A stretch of DNA of 64,000 nt from Acidimicrobiia bacterium (GTDB taxonomy: Bacteria; Actinomycetota; Acidimicrobiia; Spongiisociales; JAHEDJ01), in NCBI GenBank assembly GCA_029210695.1, contig JARGFH010000013.1:1-64000 (forward strand), read 5' to 3'. The notes under the pieces are model-generated. The model was given only the letters and a program-made list of their open reading frames with translations. It ran no database searches and was not told the origin of the DNA. Below, in pieces: positions 31,046 to 40,831 of this stretch (position 1 is the first letter of the stretch; every line of letters begins with the position of its first letter). The translations under genes and the position numbers were made by a program.

Positions 31046-31519
31046 ATGCAAGTCGAAGTGGTTCGAAGTACCAGAAGGCGCAAGACCGTTCAAGCCAGGT
31101 TGGTCGACGGGGTATTGCGGGTCGCCATCCCTGCCCACCTGACCGCCGCTGAAGAAGCGCGCTGGGTCGAGGAAATGAAGCGCCGCTTGCGCCGGGACAG
31201 TCTTGCGAGTGAGGTCGACCTCGATGTGCGGGCAAATCGACTGGCTAACCGGTACGGGTTGCCCCGCCCTGCCTCGATCGAGTGGTCGAACCGACAGCAC
31301 ACCCTGTGGGGATCGACGACGATTGCCACCAGCACTGTTCGCCTATCGTCTCGCCTGGCCGCCTATCCCACCTGGGTTCTCGACTATGTGATCGTGCATG
31401 AACTGGCTCATCTGGTGGAGCCCAATCACACCCCGGCTTTCTGGCAACTGGTTGAACAGTATCCACGCACAGAACGAGCCCGGGGCTATCTGCTCGCCAG
31501 AGGCGAGGCCGGCGAATAG
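31046..31519 (+). CDS. M48/YgjP-like (DUF45) metallopeptidase family protein
   Basis: VRSTRRRKT, WGS, YVIVHELAHL, HTPAFW. Confidence 0.88.
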   Translation: MQVEVVRSTRRRKTVQARLVDGVLRVAIPAHLTAAEEARWVEEMKRRLRRDSLASEVDLDVRANRLANRYGLPRPASIEWSNRQHTLWGSTTIATSTVRLSSRLAAYPTWVLDYVIVHELAHLVEPNHTPAFWQLVEQYPRTERARGYLLARGEAGE

Positions 31520-31590
31520 CCGTGCGGCACTGCGGCATGCGACGCAATGAACCCTCAACCACTCCCAAGTAGGCGCCGATATGCCAGGTA

Positions 31591-32901
31591 GTGACCCACA
31601 CCAGGCAGACACAGGTACGCACTTCGCGGATCGGACCGGCAGTCCTCTCGACGATGGCGGTGGTCGTCATCATTGCCGGCCTCGGAGCGGTCGTTGTCTC
31701 CAACCTTCAGACATCGGCGGACATCCGAAAGGAATCGCGAGAAGCGCACCTCCTCGGCGAGATGCACATTGCGTTCACCGTCGTTGAACAATCACTGGCG
31801 ATCTGGACGGCGCAACCAGGAGAAGTCCAGCCTCCCTCCGAGGATCCGGACGTTGCTGCGGCAACAGCAAACTTCGAACGATATGTGGCAGAACTCCTTT
31901 CTCTCATCGATGCAGACGAGGTAGCTCTGGTTCAGGGGTTCGCGGACTCGTTCGACGCCTACCTGCTGGCGGTCGTGACTGCCGGAGCGGACCCATCACA
32001 CGATCAAGGTGCCGCCGTCTTTTTGCTGGAACGCGAGGTCCGCTCTCCATTGCTCGCCTTGCTCCATGAGGAAAACGAGCACCTCTTGGAGTCGGTTGAG
32101 GCGGGCCGGAGATCGGAGCAACTCCTTCGCTGGGGTCTTCCGGCGCTTCTGGCAATGGCGCTGATCTTGTCTTATTTCGTTGTGCGTCTCCAAGGCCGCA
32201 GTCAGGCACTCGAGGAGGAGCGGAAGCTCACTGAGGCGCGCAATCAGTTCATCGCTTCCGTCAGTCACGAACTTCGGACCCCGCTGACTCCGATCGTTGC
32301 GCTTTCGCACGAACTACGAGACCGGGTGGGCGATTTCTCTGCTGACGAGATGGTCGAGTTTGCAGACATGATCGCCAGGGAGAGCGACGCAGTGTCCGCC
32401 ATCGTGGACGATCTCCTCGTGGCTGCGCGCATAGACGCCGGAGAACTCTCTATCACTACCGAGGTGCTCGACATCGCCGAAGAGATAGCGCACGCTCTCA
32501 CCATGATCGACGGATCCGACGACATCTCGGTCGAAGCAAGCGGCGCCGTGCTGGCGGACGGAGGCAGGCTGCGGCAAATCCTCCGCAACTTGATTTCAAA
32601 CGCCTATCGATATGGAGGTGCACAGGTCACGGTCACGGGGCACCGGGAAGGCGAGCGGATGGTGGTGGTGGTTTCGGATTCCGGATCGGGTATCCCGCCC
32701 GAACTCCGAGACAGGATCTTCGAACCGTTCGCCCGCGCGCACGACTTCCCCGGCGTCCCAGCCTCAGTGGGCCTGGGTCTCACAGTGTCGAGGACCCTCG
32801 CCAACCTGATGGGAGGAACGCTCAGCTATGCCTACGAGGGCGGGTGGAGCCGCCTCATCCTAGTTCTCCCCGTTCCCTCGAAGGATCTGGTCCGCGCCTA
32901 G
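31591..32901 (+). CDS. Membrane sensor histidine kinase
   Basis: Two TM segments; SHELRTPL, NLISNA, DSGSG, GLGL boxes. Confidence 0.92.
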   Translation: MTHTRQTQVRTSRIGPAVLSTMAVVVIIAGLGAVVVSNLQTSADIRKESREAHLLGEMHIAFTVVEQSLAIWTAQPGEVQPPSEDPDVAAATANFERYVAELLSLIDADEVALVQGFADSFDAYLLAVVTAGADPSHDQGAAVFLLEREVRSPLLALLHEENEHLLESVEAGRRSEQLLRWGLPALLAMALILSYFVVRLQGRSQALEEERKLTEARNQFIASVSHELRTPLTPIVALSHELRDRVGDFSADEMVEFADMIARESDAVSAIVDDLLVAARIDAGELSITTEVLDIAEEIAHALTMIDGSDDISVEASGAVLADGGRLRQILRNLISNAYRYGGAQVTVTGHREGERMVVVVSDSGSGIPPELRDRIFEPFARAHDFPGVPASVGLGLTVSRTLANLMGGTLSYAYEGGWSRLILVLPVPSKDLVRA

Positions 32902-32910
32902 TCTGAGTCG

Positions 32911-33126
32911 ATGTGCCGTAGCATCAAAACTCTTCGCCCGCCCATGACGATCGATGTGACCCACGACGACACGCAGGCAGCCGCTTTGCAGTACGTCCGC
33001 AAGGTGACCGGGTTCCGATCGCCGTCCAAGGCCAACGCTGAGGCGTTCTGGGCCGCCGTCGAGGAGATCAGTGTTGCGACCGAGAAGGTGCTCGGCAACC
33101 TGGTTATTGCAGGGAGCTCTTCTTGA
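32911..33126 (+). CDS. DUF2277 family small protein
   Basis: MCRSIKTL…AAALQYVRKVTG. Confidence 0.85.
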   Translation: MCRSIKTLRPPMTIDVTHDDTQAAALQYVRKVTGFRSPSKANAEAFWAAVEEISVATEKVLGNLVIAGSSS

Positions 33127-33187
33127 GGGCAGGACGCAGTGTTCCACTCAGCGGAGGCCGGCGCCCACCGGTAAGGTCGTCCGTCCA

Positions 33188-34087
33188 ATGATTGAGCCGG
33201 ATACCGCACACGAAGACACCAACCATCCGGACCCGGATCTGGCACGTCGGGTAGCCGAACTGGAGCAGCAAATCACTGCCGTGACGAAAGAAAGGGACAG
33301 GGCGCTCAGCCGGCTCTCACGAGACGACGAGCTCAGACCGTTTCAAGTAGAGCTGCTGAAACTCCAGCAACACCTCGAAGCCACCTCACAGCGGATGATC
33401 GTTGTCTGCGAGGGCCGCGACGCTTCTGGGAAGGGTGGGACAATTCGGAGAATCACCCGCTATATGAACGTCAAGCACTATCGCGTGGTTGCATTGGGCA
33501 AACCGACCGAAGAGCAGGGAACGCAGTGGTACTTCCAGCGCTACGTCACCCACTTTCCCACGGGGGGTGAAATCGTCCTGTTCGACCGATCCTGGTACAA
33601 CCGGGCGATGGTCGAGCCGGTCCTTGGTTTTTGCACAGAAGCCGAATACGACGCCTTTCAAACCGGTGTGACAGGCTTCGAGAAGGACCTCGTCCGCCAG
33701 GGAACGATACTTGTGAAGCTGTACTTCAGCGTCACCAAGGAAGAACAGGCCAGGCGGTTCGCCCGGCGCCGGAAAGACCCACTCCGTCAGTGGAAGCTAA
33801 GCGAGGTCGACCTCCAGGCACAGGACCATTGGGACGACTTCACCCAAATGAAATACCGCATGCTCAAGCGCACGTCGACCGTCACGGCGCCGTGGACGAT
33901 AATTCGCTCCGGGAACAAGCAAGCGGCTCGACTCAACGCGATGCGAGTAATCCTCAACGCGGTTCCGTACGAACATCGCGATCTCAGTCTGGACTTCACC
34001 CCGGATCCGAAGGTAGTGATCTCAGGCGCGCGGGAACTCGAGCTGATGGAAGGGCAACAGATTCGTCTCGGTCGCTTCACCGTCTGA
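33188..34087 (+). CDS. ppk2: Polyphosphate kinase 2
   Basis: EGRDASGKGG, FDRSWYNR, PLRQWKLS. Confidence 0.95.
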   Translation: MIEPDTAHEDTNHPDPDLARRVAELEQQITAVTKERDRALSRLSRDDELRPFQVELLKLQQHLEATSQRMIVVCEGRDASGKGGTIRRITRYMNVKHYRVVALGKPTEEQGTQWYFQRYVTHFPTGGEIVLFDRSWYNRAMVEPVLGFCTEAEYDAFQTGVTGFEKDLVRQGTILVKLYFSVTKEEQARRFARRRKDPLRQWKLSEVDLQAQDHWDDFTQMKYRMLKRTSTVTAPWTIIRSGNKQAARLNAMRVILNAVPYEHRDLSLDFTPDPKVVISGARELELMEGQQIRLGRFTV

Positions 34088-34294
34088 GTGGCGCTGGAGC
34101 CTCGCGACACTGCGCGATACTCACCCTTCTCAAAGGTCGAGTTATTCCCGCAAACAGATCGATCAGACCCCTCAAGAAATCGCCTCTCGGGCCGATGGAC
34201 TCATTACGATCATAATTTGGGAGGCAGGCGCTATCTCTGGATATGCGCAGGGGTCCGGGTGTATGGCTGGAACCTACGGGAAGAGGACGACTGC

Positions 34295-35767
34295 ATGCCG
34301 CCAGGGCTGAATGAGCCAGAAGAACATCCGCAAGCCGGTATAGCCGGCGAGGACCCATGGCCCGGTCCGCCCGGCCTGGACGGCACCGACGGGCTCGAGT
34401 CGGGCGAGGATGACCAGACACTGCTGGGGCACGATCAACTGCTCGCGCTACGTTCCAGCCGCCATGTCACCCGGCGTCCGCGGCGCCGCCGAAGATGGCC
34501 GTGGATCACCGGCCTGGTCGTGCTGGCCGTTGCGGCAGCGTTCTACGGTGTGTACGCCTTCGGGTGGACCTATGTGGAGGACTTCCTCATCACCAGGAAC
34601 GTCTCGAGCGCAGCAGCCGGATATCCGGGTCTCATCACCACCTACTCAGATGGTGTCGCCACGATCGCGGGTGAGGTCGAGACGACCGCCGATGCAGATC
34701 TGCTGGTCGCCTCCATTGGACGGGTGGACGGTGTTGAGGAGGTCCGCGCAGACCTCACGGTTGCGGCCGCTTCGACCTCGGGCGCGCTAGAAACTGCCAT
34801 TCTCGAAGGGCTCGCCGGTGCTGGTATCACTACCGTCACGCCGATCATCGAGGGATCCACCGTCACGCTGATCGGAACCGTCACCGAACCGAACGATCTC
34901 GACATCGCCTCTTCGATCGCCGTCGGGATCGATGGTGTTTCGCAGGTGCTCAATCGGGTCGTCGTCGCCTCGGACGTCTCGTCGGCAGCCCGTCAGCTGC
35001 TCGACGCGGCCGGTTTCGCGACGGTGGCAGTGCTCATCAACGGCAATCTGGCAGTGCTGAGCGGCACAGTGGCCGCTGACCGCGACGTGTTGGCGGCGGC
35101 CGATGTCGTGCTGGGACTCCCCGGCGTCGAGAAGGTCGACAACCGCTTGGAAGTCGGCACCACTCCGGATACCACCGCCGTTCCGGTGGGTGTCCCCGGC
35201 GACGAAAGCTCCGCGCTGGCTGCAGCACTCGAAGATGCAGGCTACGAAGGGATCGCAGTGACCCTCGACGGCAGCGTCGCCTACCTCGACGGCGTCGTTC
35301 CCTTCGATGTGCTCGAAGACGGCTACTTTGCCTTTGTCGATGATGTTCGATCGATTGTTCTGGAGGTCGGTGACGAGGTAACCGTGGTCAACCGACTCCG
35401 TCTGAGAGGAGATGAACAAGAGTTGAGAGACCAACTCCAGGCGCTTCTCGAGGAGAGCCCGATTGTGTTTCTCAGTGGATCTTCCGACCTCACCATTGAA
35501 AGCCAGGCAGCCCTCGATATCGCCGCCAAGATCATCCTCTCCCAACCCGGGTTGCAGATATTCATCGCCGGGCACACAGACGCCAGCGGGAGCGCCGAGG
35601 CGAACCAGCAACTGGCCGGGGAGCGAGGGAGGGCCGTGTATGGCTACCTCGTGTCGGTCGGCGTCCCGGCCAACCGCATGGCCGTGGTCTCATATGGTGA
35701 GCTCTTTCCGGGCCGGGGAGCCTCGGCAGCCGACGATCGCCGCATCGAGTTCGAGGTGGGACCATGA
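34295..35767 (+). CDS. Membrane-anchored multi-BON + OmpA_C domain protein (ArfA-like)
   Basis: Single TM after an Arg-rich stretch; BON repeats (GVEEVRADL, GVSQVLNRV, GVEKVDNRL); GHTD…N..L…R, RRIEF. Confidence 0.85.
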   Translation: MPPGLNEPEEHPQAGIAGEDPWPGPPGLDGTDGLESGEDDQTLLGHDQLLALRSSRHVTRRPRRRRRWPWITGLVVLAVAAAFYGVYAFGWTYVEDFLITRNVSSAAAGYPGLITTYSDGVATIAGEVETTADADLLVASIGRVDGVEEVRADLTVAAASTSGALETAILEGLAGAGITTVTPIIEGSTVTLIGTVTEPNDLDIASSIAVGIDGVSQVLNRVVVASDVSSAARQLLDAAGFATVAVLINGNLAVLSGTVAADRDVLAAADVVLGLPGVEKVDNRLEVGTTPDTTAVPVGVPGDESSALAAALEDAGYEGIAVTLDGSVAYLDGVVPFDVLEDGYFAFVDDVRSIVLEVGDEVTVVNRLRLRGDEQELRDQLQALLEESPIVFLSGSSDLTIESQAALDIAAKIILSQPGLQIFIAGHTDASGSAEANQQLAGERGRAVYGYLVSVGVPANRMAVVSYGELFPGRGASAADDRRIEFEVGP

Positions 35768-37170
35768 GGGACCGGGTTGTTGTCTTGGTGGCGTTACTCG
35801 TTGTAATGGGTGCCTGTACGTCGACCGAGCCGCAAGTCGTGATCCCCTCAACGACTGCTCCCGCTTCAACGTCGACGACGCTCGAGACTGACGCCCCCGA
35901 TGCTGCGATTGCTGCCGGGGTGACTCCTGCAACAACAGACGGCATCACTGCCACGGACGACACGATCTATGTTGGCGTACTCGCCGATCTCACCGGCCCG
36001 TTCTCAGGGACCGTCGTGGATGTGGTGGACGCCCAGCTTGCGTTTTGGAGTCGCCTCAACGACGAGGGGGGCATCGGCGGCAGGCAGGTCGAGGTATTGA
36101 TTGCGAACACCGGGTACGACCTGAGTATCCACCAGGCGAAGTACGCGGAGCTGAAGGACCGCGTCGTCATGTTCGCTCACTCGACGGGATCACAGCAGAC
36201 GCTGTCTGTGCTTCCGAACTTGATCGAGGACGATCTGCTGGCCTTGCCGGTCACCTGGTATTCGGGGTGGTCTGATCCTCAAATGGGAGCCAATTTGCTC
36301 GAGACCGGCTCCAATTACTGCATGGAAGCGATCAACACGATCTCCTACATCGACGAGCAGCATCGAGCGACAACTGGGCGAGCGCCGAGACTCGCCATCA
36401 TCACCTTCCCGGATGACTTCGGTCGCGATTCAGCGGCAGGCGCTCGCTATGCCGCCGAGCAGTTAGGCATGGAGATCGTGTACGACGGCGAAGGCACTGT
36501 CATCCCGGGTCAGGACCTTCGACCCATTGCAGTAGCTGCGGCCGCCAGCGGTGCGGACTACACATGGATGGCCACCGATCCCATTTCGATGGTTGAGATC
36601 GTGGGAACGGCACTGCAGCTCGGCTACACCGGGCAATGGGGCGTTGCTATGGTCTCGTTCTCCGACCGGTTGCTGTCCACCGCGCTCGGCGACTACATGG
36701 CGCAGAACATGCTGATGTCGACGCTCATCTTGCCGCTCGGGGCAGAGGCCGAAGACATGGCCGAGGTCATCTCTGTGCTGGCCGCCGCCTATCCGGACCG
36801 GTATCCGTCGACCGGCCTCATCGAGGGTTACCTCGAGTACGTGGTGACGAAGACTGTGCTGGAGCGGGCCACCGATCTCGGCGACCTCACTCCGTCCGGC
36901 GTCGTCGCCGCAGCCGGGAGGATCGGCTCCCTGTCATACGGTGGCCTCGCGCCATCCAATATCTACAGCGGGGACGCGGCCTCCACCGTTACTCGGGCGA
37001 CCGCCATCTACCGCCCGGATAAGGCGTTGTTCGACGATCAAGGTGGTCTCGATGCCACCCTCGGAGCAGGAGCCATCTCGCCACTCTCGCCGATCCTGGG
37101 GTTCACAGCCTCCGATCTGGCGGCCTCCTACGACTTCCAAGGCCCGTGTTTCGTCTTTCCAACTGGATGA
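35764..37170 (+). CDS. Branched-chain amino acid-type substrate-binding lipoprotein
   Basis: Lipobox VMGAC; GVLADLTGPF, NDEGGIGGRQV. Confidence 0.82.
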   Translation: MRDRVVVLVALLVVMGACTSTEPQVVIPSTTAPASTSTTLETDAPDAAIAAGVTPATTDGITATDDTIYVGVLADLTGPFSGTVVDVVDAQLAFWSRLNDEGGIGGRQVEVLIANTGYDLSIHQAKYAELKDRVVMFAHSTGSQQTLSVLPNLIEDDLLALPVTWYSGWSDPQMGANLLETGSNYCMEAINTISYIDEQHRATTGRAPRLAIITFPDDFGRDSAAGARYAAEQLGMEIVYDGEGTVIPGQDLRPIAVAAAASGADYTWMATDPISMVEIVGTALQLGYTGQWGVAMVSFSDRLLSTALGDYMAQNMLMSTLILPLGAEAEDMAEVISVLAAAYPDRYPSTGLIEGYLEYVVTKTVLERATDLGDLTPSGVVAAAGRIGSLSYGGLAPSNIYSGDAASTVTRATAIYRPDKALFDDQGGLDATLGAGAISPLSPILGFTASDLAASYDFQGPCFVFPTG

Positions 37171-37185
37171 AATGGTTCTCAGGGG

Positions 37186-37731
37186 TTAGTTGAGACCCGG
37201 ATCGTCCGGCAGTGTGGCGAATAGCGCGACCTTTCCTCGTTGCCTCTTCAACACGAGCGGCCACAGGTTCTCCGCGTCAGAACTGAATGGATCTTCCGGT
37301 GTGCTTGCAAACACCCACCAGGCTTCGTCTCTGATCTCACCTTCGAGTTGTCCGGGTGCCCAAGCCGCATATCCGCTGAAAACGCGCACAGTCTCGAATC
37401 CCGCTTCAGCCGGGTCGTGATCGAGGTCGACGAGTTGGACATCGTGGATGATCAACGCGCTCAGATCCCCCGCCGACTGGGGGCCTCGTGCCACCGCCAG
37501 CGCGACCTCTTGCCGAACCGGTCCGCCGGAGAACACGACCCGCGGCTCGGCGACGAGCGACTCCCACTCGTCGAGATAATCCGACACCGGGATTTCGAGC
37601 GGACGGTTCAAGACCACGCCCAGCGACCCATCGTCATCATGTTCGATCATGAGGACTACGGTCCGGTAGAAATTCGGATCGAGTAGGAATGGGGTTGCCA
37701 CCAGGAGCCGGCCGGCCAGCGACTCGATCAT
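37186..37731 (-). CDS. YqgE/AlgH family protein
   Basis: LLVATP…DPNF, GVVLNRP, GGPV, GYAAWAPGQLEGE. Confidence 0.92.
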   Translation of the reverse strand: MIESLAGRLLVATPFLLDPNFYRTVVLMIEHDDDGSLGVVLNRPLEIPVSDYLDEWESLVAEPRVVFSGGPVRQEVALAVARGPQSAGDLSALIIHDVQLVDLDHDPAEAGFETVRVFSGYAAWAPGQLEGEIRDEAWWVFASTPEDPFSSDAENLWPLVLKRQRGKVALFATLPDDPGLN

Positions 37732-38429
37732 AGAAACAGCCGCCCCTGTGGATCGGGGCGCTCGTAGCGAGCAACGCCATTCCACGGAAGCCCGTCCATG
37801 AACGCCCAACTGCGCCGATGAATGGTGGTTGGTCCAAGCGCATGGAGAGCAGCCTTGTGGATAGGGCACGGATATCCTTTGTTCGCCGCGAAGTTGAAAG
37901 CCGGGAAGTGCTCGTCGTGCGCGCGCATGATACGGTCCCTGGTGACCTTGGCGACGATGGAAGCAGCGGCAATCGACAGCGACGTCGCGTCACCCCTGAT
38001 CAGAGTGCTCGTTCGACCGTTGCCGACGAAGTCCCAGTTCCCATCGACGAGCACATAGTCCGCTTCGATACCGAGACCGGTGAGAGCCCGGCGGGCGGCG
38101 AGCCGCTGTGCTTCCGACATGCCGAGTCGATCGCATTCCTCATGAGATGCATGCCCGATCGCCCAGCGGTCTACCCAGTCGAGAATACGATCGAACAGGG
38201 CTTCCCGCTCATCCTCGATCAGAAGCTTGGAATCGCGTATCTTGTAGACGCGTCGATCGGGAGGAAGGACGACCGCTCCGATCGTCAGAGGTCCGGCCCA
38301 CGACCCGCGGCCGACCTCATCCATTCCCACCACGATCTGGGCGCCGCGCTCCCAGTGCCGGCGTTCGACCGTGAGCGACGGAGAACTGGAGCGAAGAGAG
38401 CGACGCAAACGCGGGACGGTATCCGGCAC
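37728..38429 (-). CDS. rnhB: Ribonuclease HII
   Basis: GMDEVGRG, DSK, VLVDG, IAAASIVAKVTRD, KGY. Confidence 0.95.
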   Translation of the reverse strand: MPDTVPRLRRSLRSSSPSLTVERRHWERGAQIVVGMDEVGRGSWAGPLTIGAVVLPPDRRVYKIRDSKLLIEDEREALFDRILDWVDRWAIGHASHEECDRLGMSEAQRLAARRALTGLGIEADYVLVDGNWDFVGNGRTSTLIRGDATSLSIAAASIVAKVTRDRIMRAHDEHFPAFNFAANKGYPCPIHKAALHALGPTTIHRRSWAFMDGLPWNGVARYERPDPQGRLFL

Positions 38430-38520
38430 CGTCAGAGGTTACCCCTCCCCCGCCCGAATGCCCGATGGCTTCCACCACTCTGCCGTGCTCACCGGGAACA
38501 ATCCGCTTGGAACGTTGGGC

Positions 38521-39351
38521 CTATGGCTCGTGAGTTGACATGACCCGCTTCAGCCATTCGACGATCCCGGCGACGACCTCCGGGCCTTCGGGTTCATTGA
38601 GCGATTCGTGTCGAAGCTTCGGGTAGAGCAACCGCTCGACGGTTGGCAGGTCGGCCAGGGTCGCCGAGACGGCGGCCGGAACCAGCTCGTCTCCGCCTCC
38701 GTGAATGACCAGGGTTGGCACGGTGAGCTTGTCGAGTCTCGCACGCACGCGGTCACCCGCTGCGAACATCTCGGCGCCCAGGCGCGTGGTTGCCTTCGTC
38801 AGGACGAGCGGATCGGCGAAATAGGCCTCACCGACCGCAGGGTCACGGGAGAGCTGCTCGGCCGAGATCTCTGTCGGAATCGCCAGTTTCGGGAACAGCT
38901 TCCCGAGTGGCGGCGCCAGCAGTCGCTGCCACGCCTTCCCTCCGCTCAGGGCCGGGGCGCTGGAGACGACGTAGTCGGGGTGAGGGCGATCAGACACGAG
39001 ATAGTCGAGCACGATGAGGCCCCCGAGCGAATGACCCATGAGAACGGAAGGCAGGCCTTCTCGACGGGAGGCGGTGAGCTCTTCCTGCACCTCATCGAGG
39101 AAGTCGCAGAACGTGTCGACGTGAGCGCGGACCCCGGCCGAGGCACCGTGGCCGAGCAGGTCGTAGCTGAACACGGCAATTCCGGCATCGGCAAACAGGC
39201 CACCGGTCTGCTCGTAGCGCCCGCTGTGCTCCCCCAGTCCGTGCACTATGAGCATCGTTGCCCAGGGATCTGTCGCGACCCACTTCCGTCTGAGCCGGGT
39301 GTGGGTGCCCGTGCGGATTGTTTCGACGGTGGACGATTCAGTCATCGTCAT
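38521..39351 (-). CDS. Alpha/beta hydrolase (monoacylglycerol lipase/lysophospholipase-like)
   Basis: HGLGEHSGRY, GHSLGG, RHE. Confidence 0.9.
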   Translation of the reverse strand: MTMTESSTVETIRTGTHTRLRRKWVATDPWATMLIVHGLGEHSGRYEQTGGLFADAGIAVFSYDLLGHGASAGVRAHVDTFCDFLDEVQEELTASRREGLPSVLMGHSLGGLIVLDYLVSDRPHPDYVVSSAPALSGGKAWQRLLAPPLGKLFPKLAIPTEISAEQLSRDPAVGEAYFADPLVLTKATTRLGAEMFAAGDRVRARLDKLTVPTLVIHGGGDELVPAAVSATLADLPTVERLLYPKLRHESLNEPEGPEVVAGIVEWLKRVMSTHEP

Positions 39352-40831
39352 TCCTCCAGGTCACTCGTAGATGCCGGGCGGCGGAAGCCTCATCCGGCCG
39401 TCCAACCGGTGTGTTAACGGGAGCGGCGTGCAACGCATCGGGTTCGGTGGCCGCCCGGTCGGCTATCGAGAGCAACGCAGCGGCGAGGGCATCCATCGTC
39501 TGCATGCTTTGGGTTTCGGTCGGCTCCATCATCAGCGCTTCGTCGACGATCAGCGGGAAGTAGACCGTCGGCGCATGAAACCCCTCATCCATGAGTGCCT
39601 TGACAATGTCCATGGCCCGGATACCGGTGCTCTTCTTCAGTGTCTTGGCGGATGCGACGAACTCGTGCATGCACGGTGAATCGTACGGGAGATCGTATGG
39701 GCCCCGTAACAGCTCCTCCAGGTACCTGGCGTTGAGAACCGCACGCTCCGACACACGCCGCAAGCCATCGCCACCCAGCGCCTTCATGTAGGCCAGGGCC
39801 CGGAGCACAACTCCGAAGTTGCCGTGCTTTCCGTGGACGCGGCCAATGCTCTTGGCGGGCGTCACCCACCGAATCACCCCGTCTTCGCCGGCTTCCGGAA
39901 GCGGGCCCGGTAGAAACGGCACAAGCACGTCGTGGACCGCAACAGGCCCCGCGCCGGGGCCACCACCGCCGTGCGGGGTGGCGAACGTCTTGTGAAGATT
40001 CGAATGGACGATGTCAAAGCCCATCAATCCAGGTTTGGCGACACCCATGATCGCGTTCAGGTTGGCGCCGTCGTAGTACACCAGGCCCCCTGCCTCGTGC
40101 ACGATCTCGGCGATCTCAACGATGTTCTCCTCGAACAGTCCGAGGGTGTTTGGGTTGGTCAGCATCAGACCTGCAACCTGACCGTCGACCAGGCCACGCA
40201 GCGCCTCAACGTCGACCATGCCGCGGTCGTTGGAGGGCACTTCCACCGCTTGGTAGCCGCCCAGAGTGACGGAGGCGGGGTTCGTGCCGTGGGCGGCGTC
40301 CGGAATCAGGATCTTCGATCTCTCTTCGCCCTTGTCCTCGTGATAGGCCCGCATCAGCAGCAGGCCGGTCAGCTCACCTGAGGCACCGGCCGGAGGCTGG
40401 AAGGTTGCCCGGTCCATGCCCGTGATCTCGCAGAGGTATCGCTCAGCCTCGACCAACACCGCCAACGCACCCTGTGCCGAAGACGCCGGTGTTGCCGGAT
40501 GGAGATCACGAAACGCAGGGTGCTCTGCCGCCCAGTCGCAGACTTTGGGGTTGTACTTCATCGTGCACGAACCGAGCGGGTACGCGCCGAGATCCACTGC
40601 GAAGTTCCGGTGTGACAGACGCGTGTAGTGCATCACTAGATCGTGTTCGCTCACCTCAGGAAGAGCGACCCGTTCCTCGCTCTTCTCCGGTAGATCGAGT
40701 TCGATCTCGGGTACATCGAGCGGTGCCAGCGACCAGGCGCGCCGGCCGGAGACGGAGATCTCTTTCAGGGTCGGTTCTTCGGAGCCACCGACGAGGGGAG
40801 ATGATGCTGCAGAGCCACCAGGCTTAGGCAT
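39338..40831 (-). CDS. gcvPB: Glycine dehydrogenase subunit 2
   Basis: YPLGSCTMKYNP, NLHKTFATPHGGGGPG. Confidence 0.96.
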   Translation of the reverse strand: MPKPGGSAASSPLVGGSEEPTLKEISVSGRRAWSLAPLDVPEIELDLPEKSEERVALPEVSEHDLVMHYTRLSHRNFAVDLGAYPLGSCTMKYNPKVCDWAAEHPAFRDLHPATPASSAQGALAVLVEAERYLCEITGMDRATFQPPAGASGELTGLLLMRAYHEDKGEERSKILIPDAAHGTNPASVTLGGYQAVEVPSNDRGMVDVEALRGLVDGQVAGLMLTNPNTLGLFEENIVEIAEIVHEAGGLVYYDGANLNAIMGVAKPGLMGFDIVHSNLHKTFATPHGGGGPGAGPVAVHDVLVPFLPGPLPEAGEDGVIRWVTPAKSIGRVHGKHGNFGVVLRALAYMKALGGDGLRRVSERAVLNARYLEELLRGPYDLPYDSPCMHEFVASAKTLKKSTGIRAMDIVKALMDEGFHAPTVYFPLIVDEALMMEPTETQSMQTMDALAAALLSIADRAATEPDALHAAPVNTPVGRPDEASAARHLRVTWRNDDD

